In this document: in pieces, positions 1 to 11,300 of the stretch
How positions within the stretch are numbered: position 1 is the first letter of the stretch
Layout of the letters: every line of letters starts with the position of its first letter
Source: Escherichia coli
GTDB lineage: Bacteria > Pseudomonadota > Gammaproteobacteria > Enterobacterales > Enterobacteriaceae
DNA: 64,000 nt
Assembly (NCBI RefSeq): GCF_050320075.1
Contig: NZ_CP190018.1
Direction: 5' to 3' (one strand)
Notes under the pieces: generated by a model
Told to the model about the DNA's origin: nothing
The model's input: only the letters and a program-made list of their open reading frames with translations
The model's database searches: none
Translations under genes and position numbers: made by a program

Positions 1-196
1 CCGGGAACAGTTTTAATTTCAGCTCGCCTTTGGTTCTCTCCTGCAATAAATCATTGAATTTTTTCGCCGCAATATGTTGCGAGTCGGTTTGTGAGGTTTC
101 ATAACCGAAACGTAAAGACTGCGCCGCCATTGAAGATGTACTAAATGCAGCCAGGCCAGCAATGAATAATGCGTAGGTTACAGAGCGTAATTTCAT
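1..196 (-). CDS. yiaO: TRAP transporter periplasmic solute-binding protein, N-terminal 65 codons only (gene runs off the window start)
   Basis: Reverse complement of 1-196 translates MKLRSVTYALFIAGLAAFSTSSMAAQSLRFGYETSQ... (signal peptide then binding-protein N-terminus); ATG at 196-194 with AAGGAAA upstream; absent from ORF track because truncated. Confidence 0.8.
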   Translation of the reverse strand, partial: MKLRSVTYALFIAGLAAFSTSSMAAQSLRFGYETSQTDSQHIAAKKFNDLLQERTKGELKLKLFP

Positions 197-208
197 AATA
201 TTTTCCTT

Positions 209-1486
209 TTAATTAATCCATTTCAAAGGGAGGATGATGAGATCGGGAATAAAAACAAATACGACTAATAATGAATATAAAACCAGGACGTAAGGGAAAA
301 CGCCTCTGACTGCATCATCGAATTTGAGTTTTGCCACCCCTGAAATAACGTTAAGCACATTACCGATAGGCGGTGTAATTAAGCCGATTGAGCAGTTAAT
401 GATAAACATGACACCGAAATAAATCGGATCGATTCCTGCCTCTTTAACTAAAGGCATTAATACCGGGGTAAGAATTAATACCGTCGGCGTTAAATCCATG
501 ACCATGCCGACAATCAGGATAGCCACCATAATGACGATAAACAGCAGACGCGGTGAATCGACCAGCGGTTGCAGTAAATCAGAAACCATCATCGGCAGTT
601 CAGCAATGGTGATCAGCCAGGCGGAAACTTGTGCCGAGGCCACCAGAAACATCACCACTGAGGTCGTTTTCGCTGCGCCAATGAGCACATGCCAAAGTGT
701 GGCGAAGGTCATTTCACGGTAAATAACTGTGGCGACAAACAGCGCATAGAAAGCAGCAACGGCCCCGGCTTCGGTAGGGGTAAACAGACCGGAGCGAAAC
801 CCGCCAATAATGATGACTGGAAGAAACAGCGCCCAGATACCGGAGACAAAAGAGTGCCAGATTTCCTGCATCGTTGCTTTTTGCTGGCGGGGTAAATTAA
901 GGCGACTGGCCTGCCACCACCAGGTAAGCATCAGCGTTGCGCCCATCATCATGCCAGGGGCAATGCCCGCCATAAACAGCTTACTGATGGATAATCCGCT
1001 GGAAACGCCGAAAATAATAAACGGAATGGAAGGGGGAATAATTGGCGCGATAATGCCGCCAGAGGCAATCAGCCCCGCCGCCCGGTTGACCGGGTAGTTG
1101 GCGCTGCGCATCATCGGCACCAGTAGAGCGGCAACGGCGGCGGTATCCGCAACGGCAGAACCAGAAAGGCTTGCCATAATCATAGCCGCCAGCACGCCGA
1201 CGTAGCCCAGCCCGCCTGGTTTATGCCCCACCAGTTTCATCGGCAGGTCAACAATGCGTTTTGACAAGCCGCCCGCATTCATGATTTCACCCGCCAGCAC
1301 AAAGAACGGAATCGCCAGCAGGGAGAAGCTGTCGGCTCCGTTCACCAGCGTTTGTGCCATGATCTGGACATCAAACATGTCCAGCCAGAACATTAACGCC
1401 GCTCCGCACAACAACAGTGCCCAGGCAATAGGCAAACCGATAGCAATACCACCCAACAGACAGCCCAGAAAAATCAGCACAGCCAT
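209..1486 (-). CDS. yiaN: TRAP transporter large permease (DctM family), 425 aa
   Basis: ORF track 209..1486; polytopic membrane protein recognised as YiaN; sits between yiaO and yiaM. Confidence 0.9.
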   Translation of the reverse strand: MAVLIFLGCLLGGIAIGLPIAWALLLCGAALMFWLDMFDVQIMAQTLVNGADSFSLLAIPFFVLAGEIMNAGGLSKRIVDLPMKLVGHKPGGLGYVGVLAAMIMASLSGSAVADTAAVAALLVPMMRSANYPVNRAAGLIASGGIIAPIIPPSIPFIIFGVSSGLSISKLFMAGIAPGMMMGATLMLTWWWQASRLNLPRQQKATMQEIWHSFVSGIWALFLPVIIIGGFRSGLFTPTEAGAVAAFYALFVATVIYREMTFATLWHVLIGAAKTTSVVMFLVASAQVSAWLITIAELPMMVSDLLQPLVDSPRLLFIVIMVAILIVGMVMDLTPTVLILTPVLMPLVKEAGIDPIYFGVMFIINCSIGLITPPIGNVLNVISGVAKLKFDDAVRGVFPYVLVLYSLLVVFVFIPDLIILPLKWIN

Positions 1487-1488
1487 GA

Positions 1489-1962
1489 TTAAGCTCCTTG
1501 CGGTGGCGACGTTAGAGAATTGCTACGCGTGATGAGTTGATATAAATGACGCAGTTCAAAGAATGCGATAACGAGGCTGGTGGGCAGACAAGCGGCATAC
1601 ATCAGGCCGATAGGCAAACCGAGGATCGGTGAATAATCGCTCCAGTCCTGAATTGTTTTTAGCGTTGCGCCCCAGGCCAGTGCGCCACAAATAAATAAGA
1701 TTAAGGAATGGGTAACCAGAGCGACTCGTCGCTGCCATGCGGGGGAGAGTTTCTCCACCAGAAAGGTGACCTGAACGTGGGCGTTATCCATAAAAGCCAC
1801 AATCGCGCCAATAAATGTTAACCAGACAAATAAATAACGTGACAATTCATCTACAGATAAAATGCTTGTCTGAAAACCATATCTTAAAATAATGTTTATA
1901 AACACAATACAGGAAAGTACGGCGAGATTAATCGCCAGTATTGCTTCAAGTATTTTTTTCAT
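1489..1962 (-). CDS. yiaM: TRAP transporter small permease (DctQ family), 157 aa
   Basis: ORF track 1489..1962; 4-TM small subunit; stop 3 bp before yiaN start. Confidence 0.9.
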
Positions 1963-2079
1963 AGCTATTCCTTGAGGCTATGTCTGTCATAATTCAAGTT
2001 GCATGTGCAGCAACCTAAATTATTAATATAGTTAGAGCAATAACATTACCCAGGCGTTCTGGCGTAGACGATTATTCGA

Positions 2080-2550
<471 letters not shown>

Positions 2551-2558
2551 TTATCTCC

Positions 2559-3557
2559 TCATAACGCCTGGATTTTGGCCCACACGCTGTCATCAACGGT
2601 GATGCCGTTACGGCGGTTTTCGGCCAGCAGGGTAGTAAATTCGTGGCCGGGTAAGCGGATGGCCTGGTTTTCGTCAGCGCGTTCAGCGGTAGTAACGTAA
2701 TCCATGATGCGTTGCAGCTTTGCATCGCGGGTGGGGCCGTCGATCAATTTATCCACTTCGATGGCGATAAAGATTTGCGAAACGCCGTATTCGTCGCTGT
2801 TGTCCTGGGTGACTTCGGCAACCGATGCGCCGTCGGAAAGGAGAGTGGCGATCATATCCAGCACAATCGACATGCCAGAACCTTTCCAGTAGCCCATCGG
2901 CAAAATGCGGCGATTCTTCTCGATAACGCCAGGTTCTTTGGTCAAATTGCCCTCATCATCAAAGCCACCATCAACCGGGAGCTGACGACCTGCCAGACGG
3001 TTAACTTCTAACATGCCGTAAGAGAACATCGACATCGACATATCGACCATGGTGATTGGGGTAGAAGGAATGGCGACGATCAGCGGGTTGGTGCCGATGC
3101 GACACTCTTTTGCGCCCCACGGCGGCATTACGGCGATGGAGTTGGTCCAGCAAATGCCAATATAGCCTTTTTCCGCCGCCTGCCAGCCGTAGCTGCCGCC
3201 GCGCATCCAGTGGTTGGCATTACGTAGTGCCACCAGACCAATACCATGATCGGCAGCCAGTTCGATGGCGCGATCCATCATCTTTTTCGCTGTCAGGTTA
3301 CCGATCGAACGCTGGGCGTCCCACTGTTCAATTGCGCCGAGGCTGGTTATACGTTTGGGTTGGGCATCAGGAATGATATCGCCGTTTTCCAGTTGTTGAA
3401 TGAAACGAGGGAAACGGTTGACGCCGTGAGAATAAACGCCGGATTCGGTGGTGCGGGCGAACATCTCGGCACAGGCATCAGCCGTTTCGCTGTCAACGCC
3501 GCGTGAAATTAAGACTCGATTAAAGGCTGCTTTTAACTGCTCAAATGTCACTTTCAT
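2559..3557 (-). CDS. yiaK: 2,3-diketo-L-gulonate reductase (Ldh2-type dehydrogenase), 332 aa
   Basis: ORF track 2559..3557; recognised YiaK sequence; first gene of operon. Confidence 0.9.
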   Translation of the reverse strand: MKVTFEQLKAAFNRVLISRGVDSETADACAEMFARTTESGVYSHGVNRFPRFIQQLENGDIIPDAQPKRITSLGAIEQWDAQRSIGNLTAKKMMDRAIELAADHGIGLVALRNANHWMRGGSYGWQAAEKGYIGICWTNSIAVMPPWGAKECRIGTNPLIVAIPSTPITMVDMSMSMFSYGMLEVNRLAGRQLPVDGGFDDEGNLTKEPGVIEKNRRILPMGYWKGSGMSIVLDMIATLLSDGASVAEVTQDNSDEYGVSQIFIAIEVDKLIDGPTRDAKLQRIMDYVTTAERADENQAIRLPGHEFTTLLAENRRNGITVDDSVWAKIQAL

Positions 3558-3757
3558 CCCTGGCTTCCTTGTTTTTTTGATCGCTTTTTTGGCTTAAAAT
3601 TTCAATATGCGAAATCTGATTTCAAATATATCGATCGCTTTTTAACAAAGCAATCTGATTGATGAATTTCAAAAAACTTAAAAATCAAGTGGTTATAAAT
3701 TATCTGTCGAGATCGTGAACTACGACACACTTTGCGCTACCATCAGGACGCGACAAA
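3558..3757. promoter_or_regulatory. divergent yiaK-operon / yiaJ control region
   Basis: 200-bp AT-rich gap between divergent yiaK and yiaJ starts; YiaJ-repressed promoter is known to lie here in K-12; individual sites not resolved by eye. Confidence 0.5.
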
Positions 3758-4606
3758 ATGGGGAAAGAAGTGATGGGAAAAAAAGAGAACGAGATGGCGC
3801 AGGAAAAAGAGCGTCCAGCCGGAAGCCAGAGTCTGTTTCGCGGGTTGATGCTGATTGAGATTTTGAGCAACTATCCAAACGGTTGTCCGTTGGCGCATCT
3901 TTCGGAGCTGGCTGGTTTAAATAAGAGTACCGTCCATCGCTTATTGCAGGGATTACAGTCCTGCGGCTATGTGACCACCGCGCCCGCCGCAGGGAGTTAC
4001 CGCCTGACTACCAAATTTATTGCCGTCGGGCAGAAGGCGCTGTCTTCGCTGAATATCATTCATATCGCCGCTCCGCATCTTGAGGCACTGAACATCGCCA
4101 CTGGTGAAACCATTAACTTCTCCAGCCGCGAAGACGATCACGCTATTTTGATTTATAAGCTGGAACCCACAACCGGGATGCTGCGAACCCGTGCCTATAT
4201 AGGCCAGCATATGCCGCTCTACTGTTCCGCAATGGGCAAGATCTACATGGCGTTTGGTCACCCGGACTACGTGAAGTCATACTGGAAAAGCCATCAGCAT
4301 GAGATCCAGCCGTTAACCCGCAATACCATTACCGAGCTGCCCGCGATGTTCGACGAACTGGCGCACATTCGTGAAAGCGGAGCGGCGATGGACAGAGAAG
4401 AAAACGAACTCGGCGTCTCCTGTATTGCTGTTCCGGTGTTTGATATTCATGGGCGGGTGCCGTACGCCGTGTCGATTTCTCTTTCGACATCACGTCTGAA
4501 ACAGGTGGGGGAGAAAAATCTCCTGAAACCACTGCGTGAAACCGCGCAGGCTATTTCTAATGAACTGGGATTTACTGTCAGGGACGACCAGGGCGCGATC
4601 ACATAA
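3758..4606 (+). CDS. yiaJ: IclR-family transcriptional repressor of the yiaK operon, 282 aa
   Basis: ORF track 3758..4606; N-terminal HTH, C-terminal IclR effector domain. Confidence 0.9.
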   Translation: MGKEVMGKKENEMAQEKERPAGSQSLFRGLMLIEILSNYPNGCPLAHLSELAGLNKSTVHRLLQGLQSCGYVTTAPAAGSYRLTTKFIAVGQKALSSLNIIHIAAPHLEALNIATGETINFSSREDDHAILIYKLEPTTGMLRTRAYIGQHMPLYCSAMGKIYMAFGHPDYVKSYWKSHQHEIQPLTRNTITELPAMFDELAHIRESGAAMDREENELGVSCIAVPVFDIHGRVPYAVSISLSTSRLKQVGEKNLLKPLRETAQAISNELGFTVRDDQGAIT

Positions 4607-4707
4607 CGCTTTGGACAAGTGCCAAAACTTTAACATTTCCTTCGTTGGATCAAAGCAGTAGAGACGCGCTCTCTGGCACTCTGCTGTTTTAGTGCAAAGG
4701 AGTGATC

Positions 4708-5181
4708 ATGAACCGGTTTATTATTGCGGATGCGACGAAATGTATCGGTTGCCGTACCTGTGAAGTGGCTTGCGCAGTGTCGCATCAGGAGAATCAGGAT
4801 TGCGCTGCGTTGTCACCAGACGAGTTTATTTCCCGTATTCGTGTCATTAAAGACCACAGCTGGACCACGGCGGTAGCCTGTCATCAGTGTGAAGATGCAC
4901 CGTGCGCGAATGTCTGCCCTGTTGACGCGATAAGCCGCGAACATGGGCATATTTTCGTTGAACAATCACGTTGCATTGGCTGTAAAAGCTGTATGCTGGC
5001 TTGCCCGTTTGGTGCGATGGAGGTCGTTTCTTCGCGCAAAAAGGCGAGGGCGATTAAGTGCGATCTGTGCTGGCATCGGGAGACGGGGCCGGCCTGTGTT
5101 GAAGCCTGCCCGACAAAGGCGTTGCAGTGCATGGATGTCGAGAAAGTGCAGCGGCATCGGCTACGGCAGCAGCCTGTTTGA
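4708..5181 (+). CDS. ysaA: 4Fe-4S ferredoxin-type protein, 157 aa
   Basis: ORF track 4702..5181 (GTG at 4702, first ATG at 4708); repeated CxxCxxCxxxCP cysteine clusters. Confidence 0.8.
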   Translation: MNRFIIADATKCIGCRTCEVACAVSHQENQDCAALSPDEFISRIRVIKDHSWTTAVACHQCEDAPCANVCPVDAISREHGHIFVEQSRCIGCKSCMLACPFGAMEVVSSRKKARAIKCDLCWHRETGPACVEACPTKALQCMDVEKVQRHRLRQQPV

Positions 5182-5229
5182 AACGTTTTCCGGCGTTTCT
5201 CAACGCCGGAATAGTGCGCTTTGTTTATG

Positions 5230-5327
5230 CCGGATGCGGCTAAAACGCCTTATCCGGCCTACAAATTCTACCAAATTCAATATATTGCAGAAATCATGTA
5301 GGCCTGATAAGCGTAGCGCATCAGGCA
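5230..5327. repeat. REP/BIME-type palindromic units (inverted pair)
   Basis: GCCGGATGCGGCTAAAACGCCTTATCCGGCCTAC (~5230-5263) and inverted TGTAGGCCTGATAAGCGTAGCGCATCAGGCA (~5297-5327) between convergent ysaA and avtA. Confidence 0.75.
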
Positions 5328-5331
5328 ATTT

Positions 5332-6585
5332 TTAGTGACTTTCAGCCCAGGCTCTTTCTATCTCTTCTGCCAGAATCTTCACACCCGCCTCAATTTTATC
5401 CGGCTCCGGCACGTAGTTCATGCGCATACATTGATGTGTATGTGGCCACGGTTTATCCAGCCCTAGGAAGAAGTTGTGCCCCGGCACCATCAGCACGCCG
5501 CGTGCTTTCAGGCGCTGATAGAGCTGCTCGGTCGTAATGGGCAAATCCTTAAACCATAGCCAGAGGAAAATGGCTCCTTCCGGTTTATGAATCAGGCAGC
5601 GATCTTCCGGTAAATAGCGGCGAATGATGGCGATAGTTTCCTGAACACGCTGGTAGTAAAACGGTTTGATGACTGTTTCAGACAGGCGCAGCAGATCGTT
5701 ACGCTTAATCATTTCACACATCACCGCCGGACCAATACCGCCAGGTGCCAGGCTGATAATGCCGTTCATATTGGTGATGGCGGTGATGATTTTTTCATTG
5801 GCGATGATAATGCCGCAGCGGGAGCCAGGTAGACCCAGCTTGGAAAGACTCATGCACAGTACGATATTCGGATTCCACAGCGGGCGCGCTTCGCTGAAGA
5901 TGATACCCGGGAACGGGACGCCATAAGCGTTATCAATCACCAGCGGAATGCCATGTTGATTCGCCAGCGCGTCAAGCTTCAGCAACTCTTCGTCAGTAAT
6001 CACATTGCCTGTTGGATTCGTCGGCCGGGAGACGCAAATCATCCCGGTTTCTTCGCCAATATGCAGATGCTCAAAATCGACGTGGTATTTAAACTGGCCT
6101 TCCGGCAGCAGTTCAATATTCGGACGCGCAGAGACAAACAGATCTTCTTCCAGTCCGGCGTCAGCGTAGCCAATGTACTCCGGTGCCAGCGGAAACAGCA
6201 CTTTTTTGACCCGACCATCGGCACGGCGTCCGGCGAACAGATTAAATAAGTAGAAAAACGCGCTCTGGCTGCCGTTTGTTAGTGCAATATTCTGTGGTTC
6301 GATATCCCAACCCAACTTATCGCGCAGCATTCCGGCAAGCAGTGTGAGTAGCTCCGTTTTCCCCTGTGGACCGTCGTAATTGCACAGTGCATCAGTCGCT
6401 TTGCCACTTTCCAGCATGTCGGTCAGTAGCGTCTGGAAGTAGTCCTGCATTTCCGGGATCTGCGCTGGATTACCGCCGCCGAGCATAATCGCGCCAGGCG
6501 TGCGTAAACCGTCGTTCAGATCTTCCATCAGCAGCGTAATGCCGGAGTGGCGGGTAAATTTGTCACCAAAAAGGGAGAATGTCAT
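5332..6585 (-). CDS. avtA: valine-pyruvate aminotransferase (transaminase C), 417 aa
   Basis: ORF track 5332..6690; start moved to internal ATG 6585-6583 (MTFSLFGDKFTRHSG...), the known AvtA N-terminus. Confidence 0.9.
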   Translation of the reverse strand: MTFSLFGDKFTRHSGITLLMEDLNDGLRTPGAIMLGGGNPAQIPEMQDYFQTLLTDMLESGKATDALCNYDGPQGKTELLTLLAGMLRDKLGWDIEPQNIALTNGSQSAFFYLFNLFAGRRADGRVKKVLFPLAPEYIGYADAGLEEDLFVSARPNIELLPEGQFKYHVDFEHLHIGEETGMICVSRPTNPTGNVITDEELLKLDALANQHGIPLVIDNAYGVPFPGIIFSEARPLWNPNIVLCMSLSKLGLPGSRCGIIIANEKIITAITNMNGIISLAPGGIGPAVMCEMIKRNDLLRLSETVIKPFYYQRVQETIAIIRRYLPEDRCLIHKPEGAIFLWLWFKDLPITTEQLYQRLKARGVLMVPGHNFFLGLDKPWPHTHQCMRMNYVPEPDKIEAGVKILAEEIERAWAESH

Positions 6586-6762
6586 AGCGGGATATCTGTC
6601 GAACTCTGTAGCAAGGAAGGTAACAATAACGCTACATTTGCTGGGGTGCAAATCGCTCTGTTGAAGAGTGAGCGGTGCTTTATCCTGCAACGCTGATTAG
6701 CTCTGACATTTTATCCTGGTTGGCGGCTTCCCGAGGTACTGACGAACGGGAAGCCGGAAAAG

Positions 6763-8793
6763 TCACTGTTGCCCAGCCCAGATGACCAGCACTTTATCGT
6801 CGCCATGCTCACGAACAAAGCCGTAGCCCTGCTTCAGCGAAAGTGTCGTTTGTTTGCCCGCGCCAATTGCGGGATGGCGGGCGCGGAACTGGCTGATTTT
6901 CTGCCAGTGCGCGACGCTGGCGGCAGATTTACCGCTAACATCCTGCCAGTTCATATCCGAACGCGTACCTTGCAGCGGATCCGAACCGGTGGGGCCGAAC
7001 GGACGCGAGGATTCATCACCATAAAAGATTTGTACCGCGCCTGGCGCTAATAATAATAACTCTGCTGCTTTGTCGCCCCCTTCACGGAACAGGCGGGTAT
7101 CATGCGACGAGAGGTAGCTCAACACGTTGAAATCCTGCAATTTCTCCGCCATTTGCTGCCAGGTCGTATCCATCTGCGCCAGACAATCGACTGCTTTAGC
7201 CGCCTGCTCCTGATAATCGAAATTGATCATCGCATCGAAGCCGTGGCGATAGTAGTCACTTTGCATCACGCCGTGGCCCCAGGCTTCACCGGTCATCCAG
7301 AAAGGTTTGTCATCTAATGCTTTGTCGGGGTTAGCTTTTTTCCATTCGCGAAGCGCGGCGCTGGCTTCGGTTTTCAGTTGCTGCCAGGCGGGCAACTCAA
7401 CATGTTTGGCGGTGTCGACCCGAAAACCATCAATCCCATAGTCGCGGACCCACTGACTTAACCAGTGGGTTAAGTAATCGCGAGGGGTAAAGCCGTCGAT
7501 GACTTTAGCGTGGGTATCCGTTTTGTTTTTATAGAACACCGGCAGACCAGAAGCGGTCGTTGATTCGGTTTTGATATCCGGCAAAAAGGCCAGCGACATA
7601 GTGAGATCGTCGAATCCCGGATTGTCGTAATCGCCGATATCGGTTCTGATCCAGTTTTTTCCCCACCATTTATCCCAGCCTGTTTTGTCGCTGAAATTAA
7701 TGTAATCGTTAAAGCTATGCCAGGTTTGCCCGGCGGCAGGTTTCCAGTCGCTCCAGCGTTCACCCAACGTTTTTTTCACTTCGTCACCAGAAAGATATAA
7801 CGCGCCAAACTGATACTCCTGCATATCCGCCAGTGTGGCATAGCCGGTGTGGTTCATCACGACATCAAAGAGAATACGAATACCGCGCTGATGCGCGCTA
7901 TCAACCAGTGTCCGTAGATCGGCTTCACTGCCCATATTGGCATCAAGATTCGTCCAGTCCTGTGTGTAATAACCGTGGTAGGCATAATGCGGGAAATCGC
8001 CTTTTGTACCGCCGCCGACCCAGCCGTGAATTTGCTCAAATGGGGCACTTATCCATAAAGCATTGACGCCCAGCTGCTGGAGGTAATCCAGTTTGTTGGT
8101 CAGGCCGCGTAAATCGCCGCCGTGAAAAGTGCCAATTTCTGCCATACCGTCTTTATGACGTCCGTAACTCTGGTCATTACTGGGATCGCCGTTTTCGAAA
8201 CGATCTGTCAGCACAAAGTAAACCGTGGCGTTATGCCAGTCGAAAGGGGCAGGGGCGTCAGTTTCTGCCCGTTCCAGCAGGAGTAAACCGTTGCTGGTGG
8301 CAGCGGGTTGTAACGTTATTTGACCGTTCTTCACTATCGCAATTTGCTGGCTGTAATAATCCCGGACTGCGGCTCCCTCCGGAAAAGTGGCGCTGACATC
8401 CAGTGTGAGCGGTAATCCATCCCATTTCGGGCATTCACGGACCAGGCTTGCTACCGGTTCGACGGCGTTCTGGATGGAAATCATCAATGTTGGTGTACCG
8501 GAGCGGGTGTCTAGTTGCAGCGTATATTCGCCGTCCCTGAACAATCGCCATTGAGGTGGCGTGTTGCTACAAGGTTGCAGGGAAAGCATCTGATTGAGTT
8601 TTATCGCATCCGCAGGCTGCCAGCACTGTTGGTCAAAATTTATCGTTAGTGGACGCGTACCTTTGGGCAACTGCGCGTGGCTGACAAATGTTCCCGTCCC
8701 CTGTTCGCTAAAGGCGGGAAACCCCGGAGAAGTCCAGCTGGCGGCAACGGCGAAGCCAGGAAGGAGCGTCAGAAAACAGGCGGCGAGTTTCAT
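6763..8793 (-). CDS. malS: periplasmic alpha-amylase, 676 aa
   Basis: ORF track 6763..8793; signal peptide plus GH13 alpha-amylase sequence. Confidence 0.9.
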   Translation of the reverse strand: MKLAACFLTLLPGFAVAASWTSPGFPAFSEQGTGTFVSHAQLPKGTRPLTINFDQQCWQPADAIKLNQMLSLQPCSNTPPQWRLFRDGEYTLQLDTRSGTPTLMISIQNAVEPVASLVRECPKWDGLPLTLDVSATFPEGAAVRDYYSQQIAIVKNGQITLQPAATSNGLLLLERAETDAPAPFDWHNATVYFVLTDRFENGDPSNDQSYGRHKDGMAEIGTFHGGDLRGLTNKLDYLQQLGVNALWISAPFEQIHGWVGGGTKGDFPHYAYHGYYTQDWTNLDANMGSEADLRTLVDSAHQRGIRILFDVVMNHTGYATLADMQEYQFGALYLSGDEVKKTLGERWSDWKPAAGQTWHSFNDYINFSDKTGWDKWWGKNWIRTDIGDYDNPGFDDLTMSLAFLPDIKTESTTASGLPVFYKNKTDTHAKVIDGFTPRDYLTHWLSQWVRDYGIDGFRVDTAKHVELPAWQQLKTEASAALREWKKANPDKALDDKPFWMTGEAWGHGVMQSDYYRHGFDAMINFDYQEQAAKAVDCLAQMDTTWQQMAEKLQDFNVLSYLSSHDTRLFREGGDKAAELLLLAPGAVQIFYGDESSRPFGPTGSDPLQGTRSDMNWQDVSGKSAASVAHWQKISQFRARHPAIGAGKQTTLSLKQGYGFVREHGDDKVLVIWAGQQ

Positions 8794-8844
8794 GGCGGAT
8801 GAGTCCTTATTGCTGCGATTTCAGACAGTTTGCCAGCGATAAGC

Positions 8845-8884
8845 CAGACAAAACTCATCCCTGAGCGGTAAGTCCACAGGATGA
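8845..8884 (-). promoter_or_regulatory. candidate MalT boxes upstream of malS
   Basis: GGATGA hexamers (MalT box consensus GGA[T/G]GA) at 8879-8884 (plus orientation) and 8845-8850 (minus orientation), 50-90 bp upstream of malS start. Confidence 0.35.
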
Positions 8885-9112
8885 GAAGCAAGGGTGAGCG
8901 ATCGCGCGCAAAAAACGGCTGAATTTTGCGATAAACCCCACATTTTCTGCGATTTAGCGCCAATCTGAATCGTTAACTCGTGACATAGTTTCAGATTTGG
9001 ACTATTCCTTGGGGTGCTCTTGACAGCTATTTTTGATATGATTTGAGATTCAACTCTCAAATTTGTGAAAAATATAAGGTGTTGGAATGATTAAATCCGA
9101 CCAGGAGACCTG

Positions 9113-9937
9113 ATGATTTTGACTCCCATACGACGATATGGGGCGATGATTCTTATGTTACTCACTCTGGTGTTTTCGAGTGAGGTGTTAGCGAAGACGC
9201 ACACAACAACAGCGAGTCAAAAGTCCCACTTAACTAAAGCTAGTAATAAACAGGTAAGCAGTAAACAAGAGTATTCTCGCAATAGTGCAAAGAGTAGTTC
9301 ACTTCCTGATTTGCGAAAATACCCTTCCGGAACACCAAGGAAAAAGGCGTTTCTCCGGACTGTAATGCCTTACATTACCAGCCAAAATGCGGCCATTACT
9401 GCGGAACGTAACTGGCTCATTTCAAAACAGTATCAGGGCCAATGGTCACCTGCTGAGCGTGCGCGTCTGAAAGACATCGCCAAACGCTACAAGGTGAAGT
9501 GGTCTGGTAATACGCGCAAAATCCCGTGGAATACCTTGCTTGAACGCGTAGACATTATCCCCACTAGTATGGTGGCGACGATGGCTGCAGCAGAAAGCGG
9601 TTGGGGAACGTCGAAGCTGGCGCGCAACAACAACAACCTGTTCGGCATGAAATGCATGAAAGGACGTTGTACTAATGCGCCGGGTAAAGTGAAGGGGTAC
9701 TCACAGTTTAGTTCTGTCAAAGAATCGGTGAGCGCCTATGTCACTAACCTGAATACTCACCCGGCTTACTCTTCGTTCCGTAAATCGCGTGCACAGCTGC
9801 GTAAAGCGGATCAGGAAGTGACTGCCACAGCGATGATTCACAAACTGAAGGGCTACTCGACCAAAGGGAAGAGTTATAACAACTACCTGTTCGCAATGTA
9901 CCAGGATAACCAACGGTTAATCGCGGCGCATATGTAA
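9113..9937 (+). CDS. bax: Bax protein, putative glucosaminidase-domain protein, 274 aa
   Basis: ORF track 9113..9937; recognised Bax sequence. Confidence 0.85.
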   Translation: MILTPIRRYGAMILMLLTLVFSSEVLAKTHTTTASQKSHLTKASNKQVSSKQEYSRNSAKSSSLPDLRKYPSGTPRKKAFLRTVMPYITSQNAAITAERNWLISKQYQGQWSPAERARLKDIAKRYKVKWSGNTRKIPWNTLLERVDIIPTSMVATMAAAESGWGTSKLARNNNNLFGMKCMKGRCTNAPGKVKGYSQFSSVKESVSAYVTNLNTHPAYSSFRKSRAQLRKADQEVTATAMIHKLKGYSTKGKSYNNYLFAMYQDNQRLIAAHM

Positions 9938-9950
9938 TTGCATTTCCTCG

Positions 9951-10022
9951 AGCCTTATCCGACTTGTCAGTCGGATAAGGCTTTTGCTCGCATCAGGTGG
10001 TTGTGCTGAGTTACCTGATGCG
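9951..10022. terminator. back-to-back hairpins between convergent bax and xylR
   Basis: Perfect palindromes AGCCTTATCCGACTTGTCAGTCGGATAAGGCT (9951-9982, then TTTT) and CGCATCAGGTGG...CCTGATGCG (9989-10022). Confidence 0.6.
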
Positions 10023-10044
10023 ACGCCGACAATTCTCATCATCG

Positions 10045-11223
10045 CTACAACATGACCTCGCTATTTACATCGCGATACTCTTTTGGCGTCGTGTCATATG
10101 CTTTTTTAAAAACAGAGTAGAAATATTGCAGCGATGGATAACCGCACATTTGCGATATCTCATTGATTGACAAGGTGGTTGAAATCAGCAGACTGCGCGC
10201 TTTCTCCAACTTCTCGGCATGAATCATGGCATGGATGGTTTCGCCCACCTCTTCTTTAAAACGCTTCTCAAGATTGGAGCGCGAGATCCCGACCGCATCG
10301 AGTACCTGATCCACTTTAATCCCTTTACAGGCGTGATTACGAATGTAATGCATGGCCTGAATAACGGCGGGATCGGTCAGCGAGCGGTAATCTGTTGAGC
10401 GCCGTTCAATGACGCGAACTGGTGGGACCAAAATCCGCTGTAGCGGCATTTCTTCTTTATCTAATAATCGATGCAACAGTTTTGCCGCCTGATAGCCCAT
10501 TTGCCGCGCGCCCTGAGCGACCGAAGAAAGGGCGACACGCGACAGATAGCGGGTCAGTTCTTCGTTATCGATGCCAATCACGCATAATTTTTCCGGTACG
10601 GGAATATGTAGATGTTCACATACTTGCAGAATATGCCGCGCCCGGGCGTCAGTAACGGCAATAATCCCGGTTTGCGGTGGCAGCGTTTGTAGCCAGTCTG
10701 CCAGCCGATTTTGCGCGTGTTGCCAGTTCTCTGGCGCGGTTTCTAACCCCTGATAAACCACTCCGCGATACTTTTCTTCGGCGACAAGCTGACGAAATGC
10801 ATATTCGCGTTCAGTGGCCCAACGTTTACCGCTTGATTCCGGAAGACCATAAAAAGCAAAGCGGTTAACGCCTTTCTCTTTTAAATGCAAAAATGCGCTT
10901 TCAACCAGCGCATAGTTATCGGTGGCAATGTAATGAACGGGTGGGTAACTTTCGGCAAGGTGATACGAGCCACCAACCCCAACAATGGGGACGTCGACAT
11001 CAGCCAGCGCTTGCTCGATTTGTTTGTCGTCGAAGTCGGCAATGACGCCATCTCCTAACCAGTCCTTGATTTTATCAATGCGGGCGCGGAAATCTTCTTC
11101 AATGAAAATATCCCATTCCGATTGTGACGCCTGTAAATATTCCCCTACGCCTTCTACTACCTGCCGGTCATAGGCTTTATTGGCATTGAACAGTAATGTG
11201 ATGCGGTGACGTTTAGTAAACAT
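10045..11223 (-). CDS. xylR: xylose-responsive AraC-family activator, 392 aa
   Basis: ORF track 10045..11223; periplasmic-binding-like sensor domain plus C-terminal AraC HTH. Confidence 0.9.
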   Translation of the reverse strand: MFTKRHRITLLFNANKAYDRQVVEGVGEYLQASQSEWDIFIEEDFRARIDKIKDWLGDGVIADFDDKQIEQALADVDVPIVGVGGSYHLAESYPPVHYIATDNYALVESAFLHLKEKGVNRFAFYGLPESSGKRWATEREYAFRQLVAEEKYRGVVYQGLETAPENWQHAQNRLADWLQTLPPQTGIIAVTDARARHILQVCEHLHIPVPEKLCVIGIDNEELTRYLSRVALSSVAQGARQMGYQAAKLLHRLLDKEEMPLQRILVPPVRVIERRSTDYRSLTDPAVIQAMHYIRNHACKGIKVDQVLDAVGISRSNLEKRFKEEVGETIHAMIHAEKLEKARSLLISTTLSINEISQMCGYPSLQYFYSVFKKAYDTTPKEYRDVNSEVML

Positions 11224-11300
11224 GGTTCTTTTCCTGCTGAATCATGCAAAAACTCAAAACCGGTAATACGTTACCGGCTTTGAGAAAATTTTTATCAAAA

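Noticed and set aside
6586-6690. N-terminal extensions in ORF-track calls (avtA, xylF, ghrB, tag, yiaF, yhjX, eptB, dppB, yhjV, bcsB, bcsR)
   Set aside because: The longest-ORF starts add residues upstream of ATGs that match the known N-termini or signal peptides; I used the internal ATG in each case.
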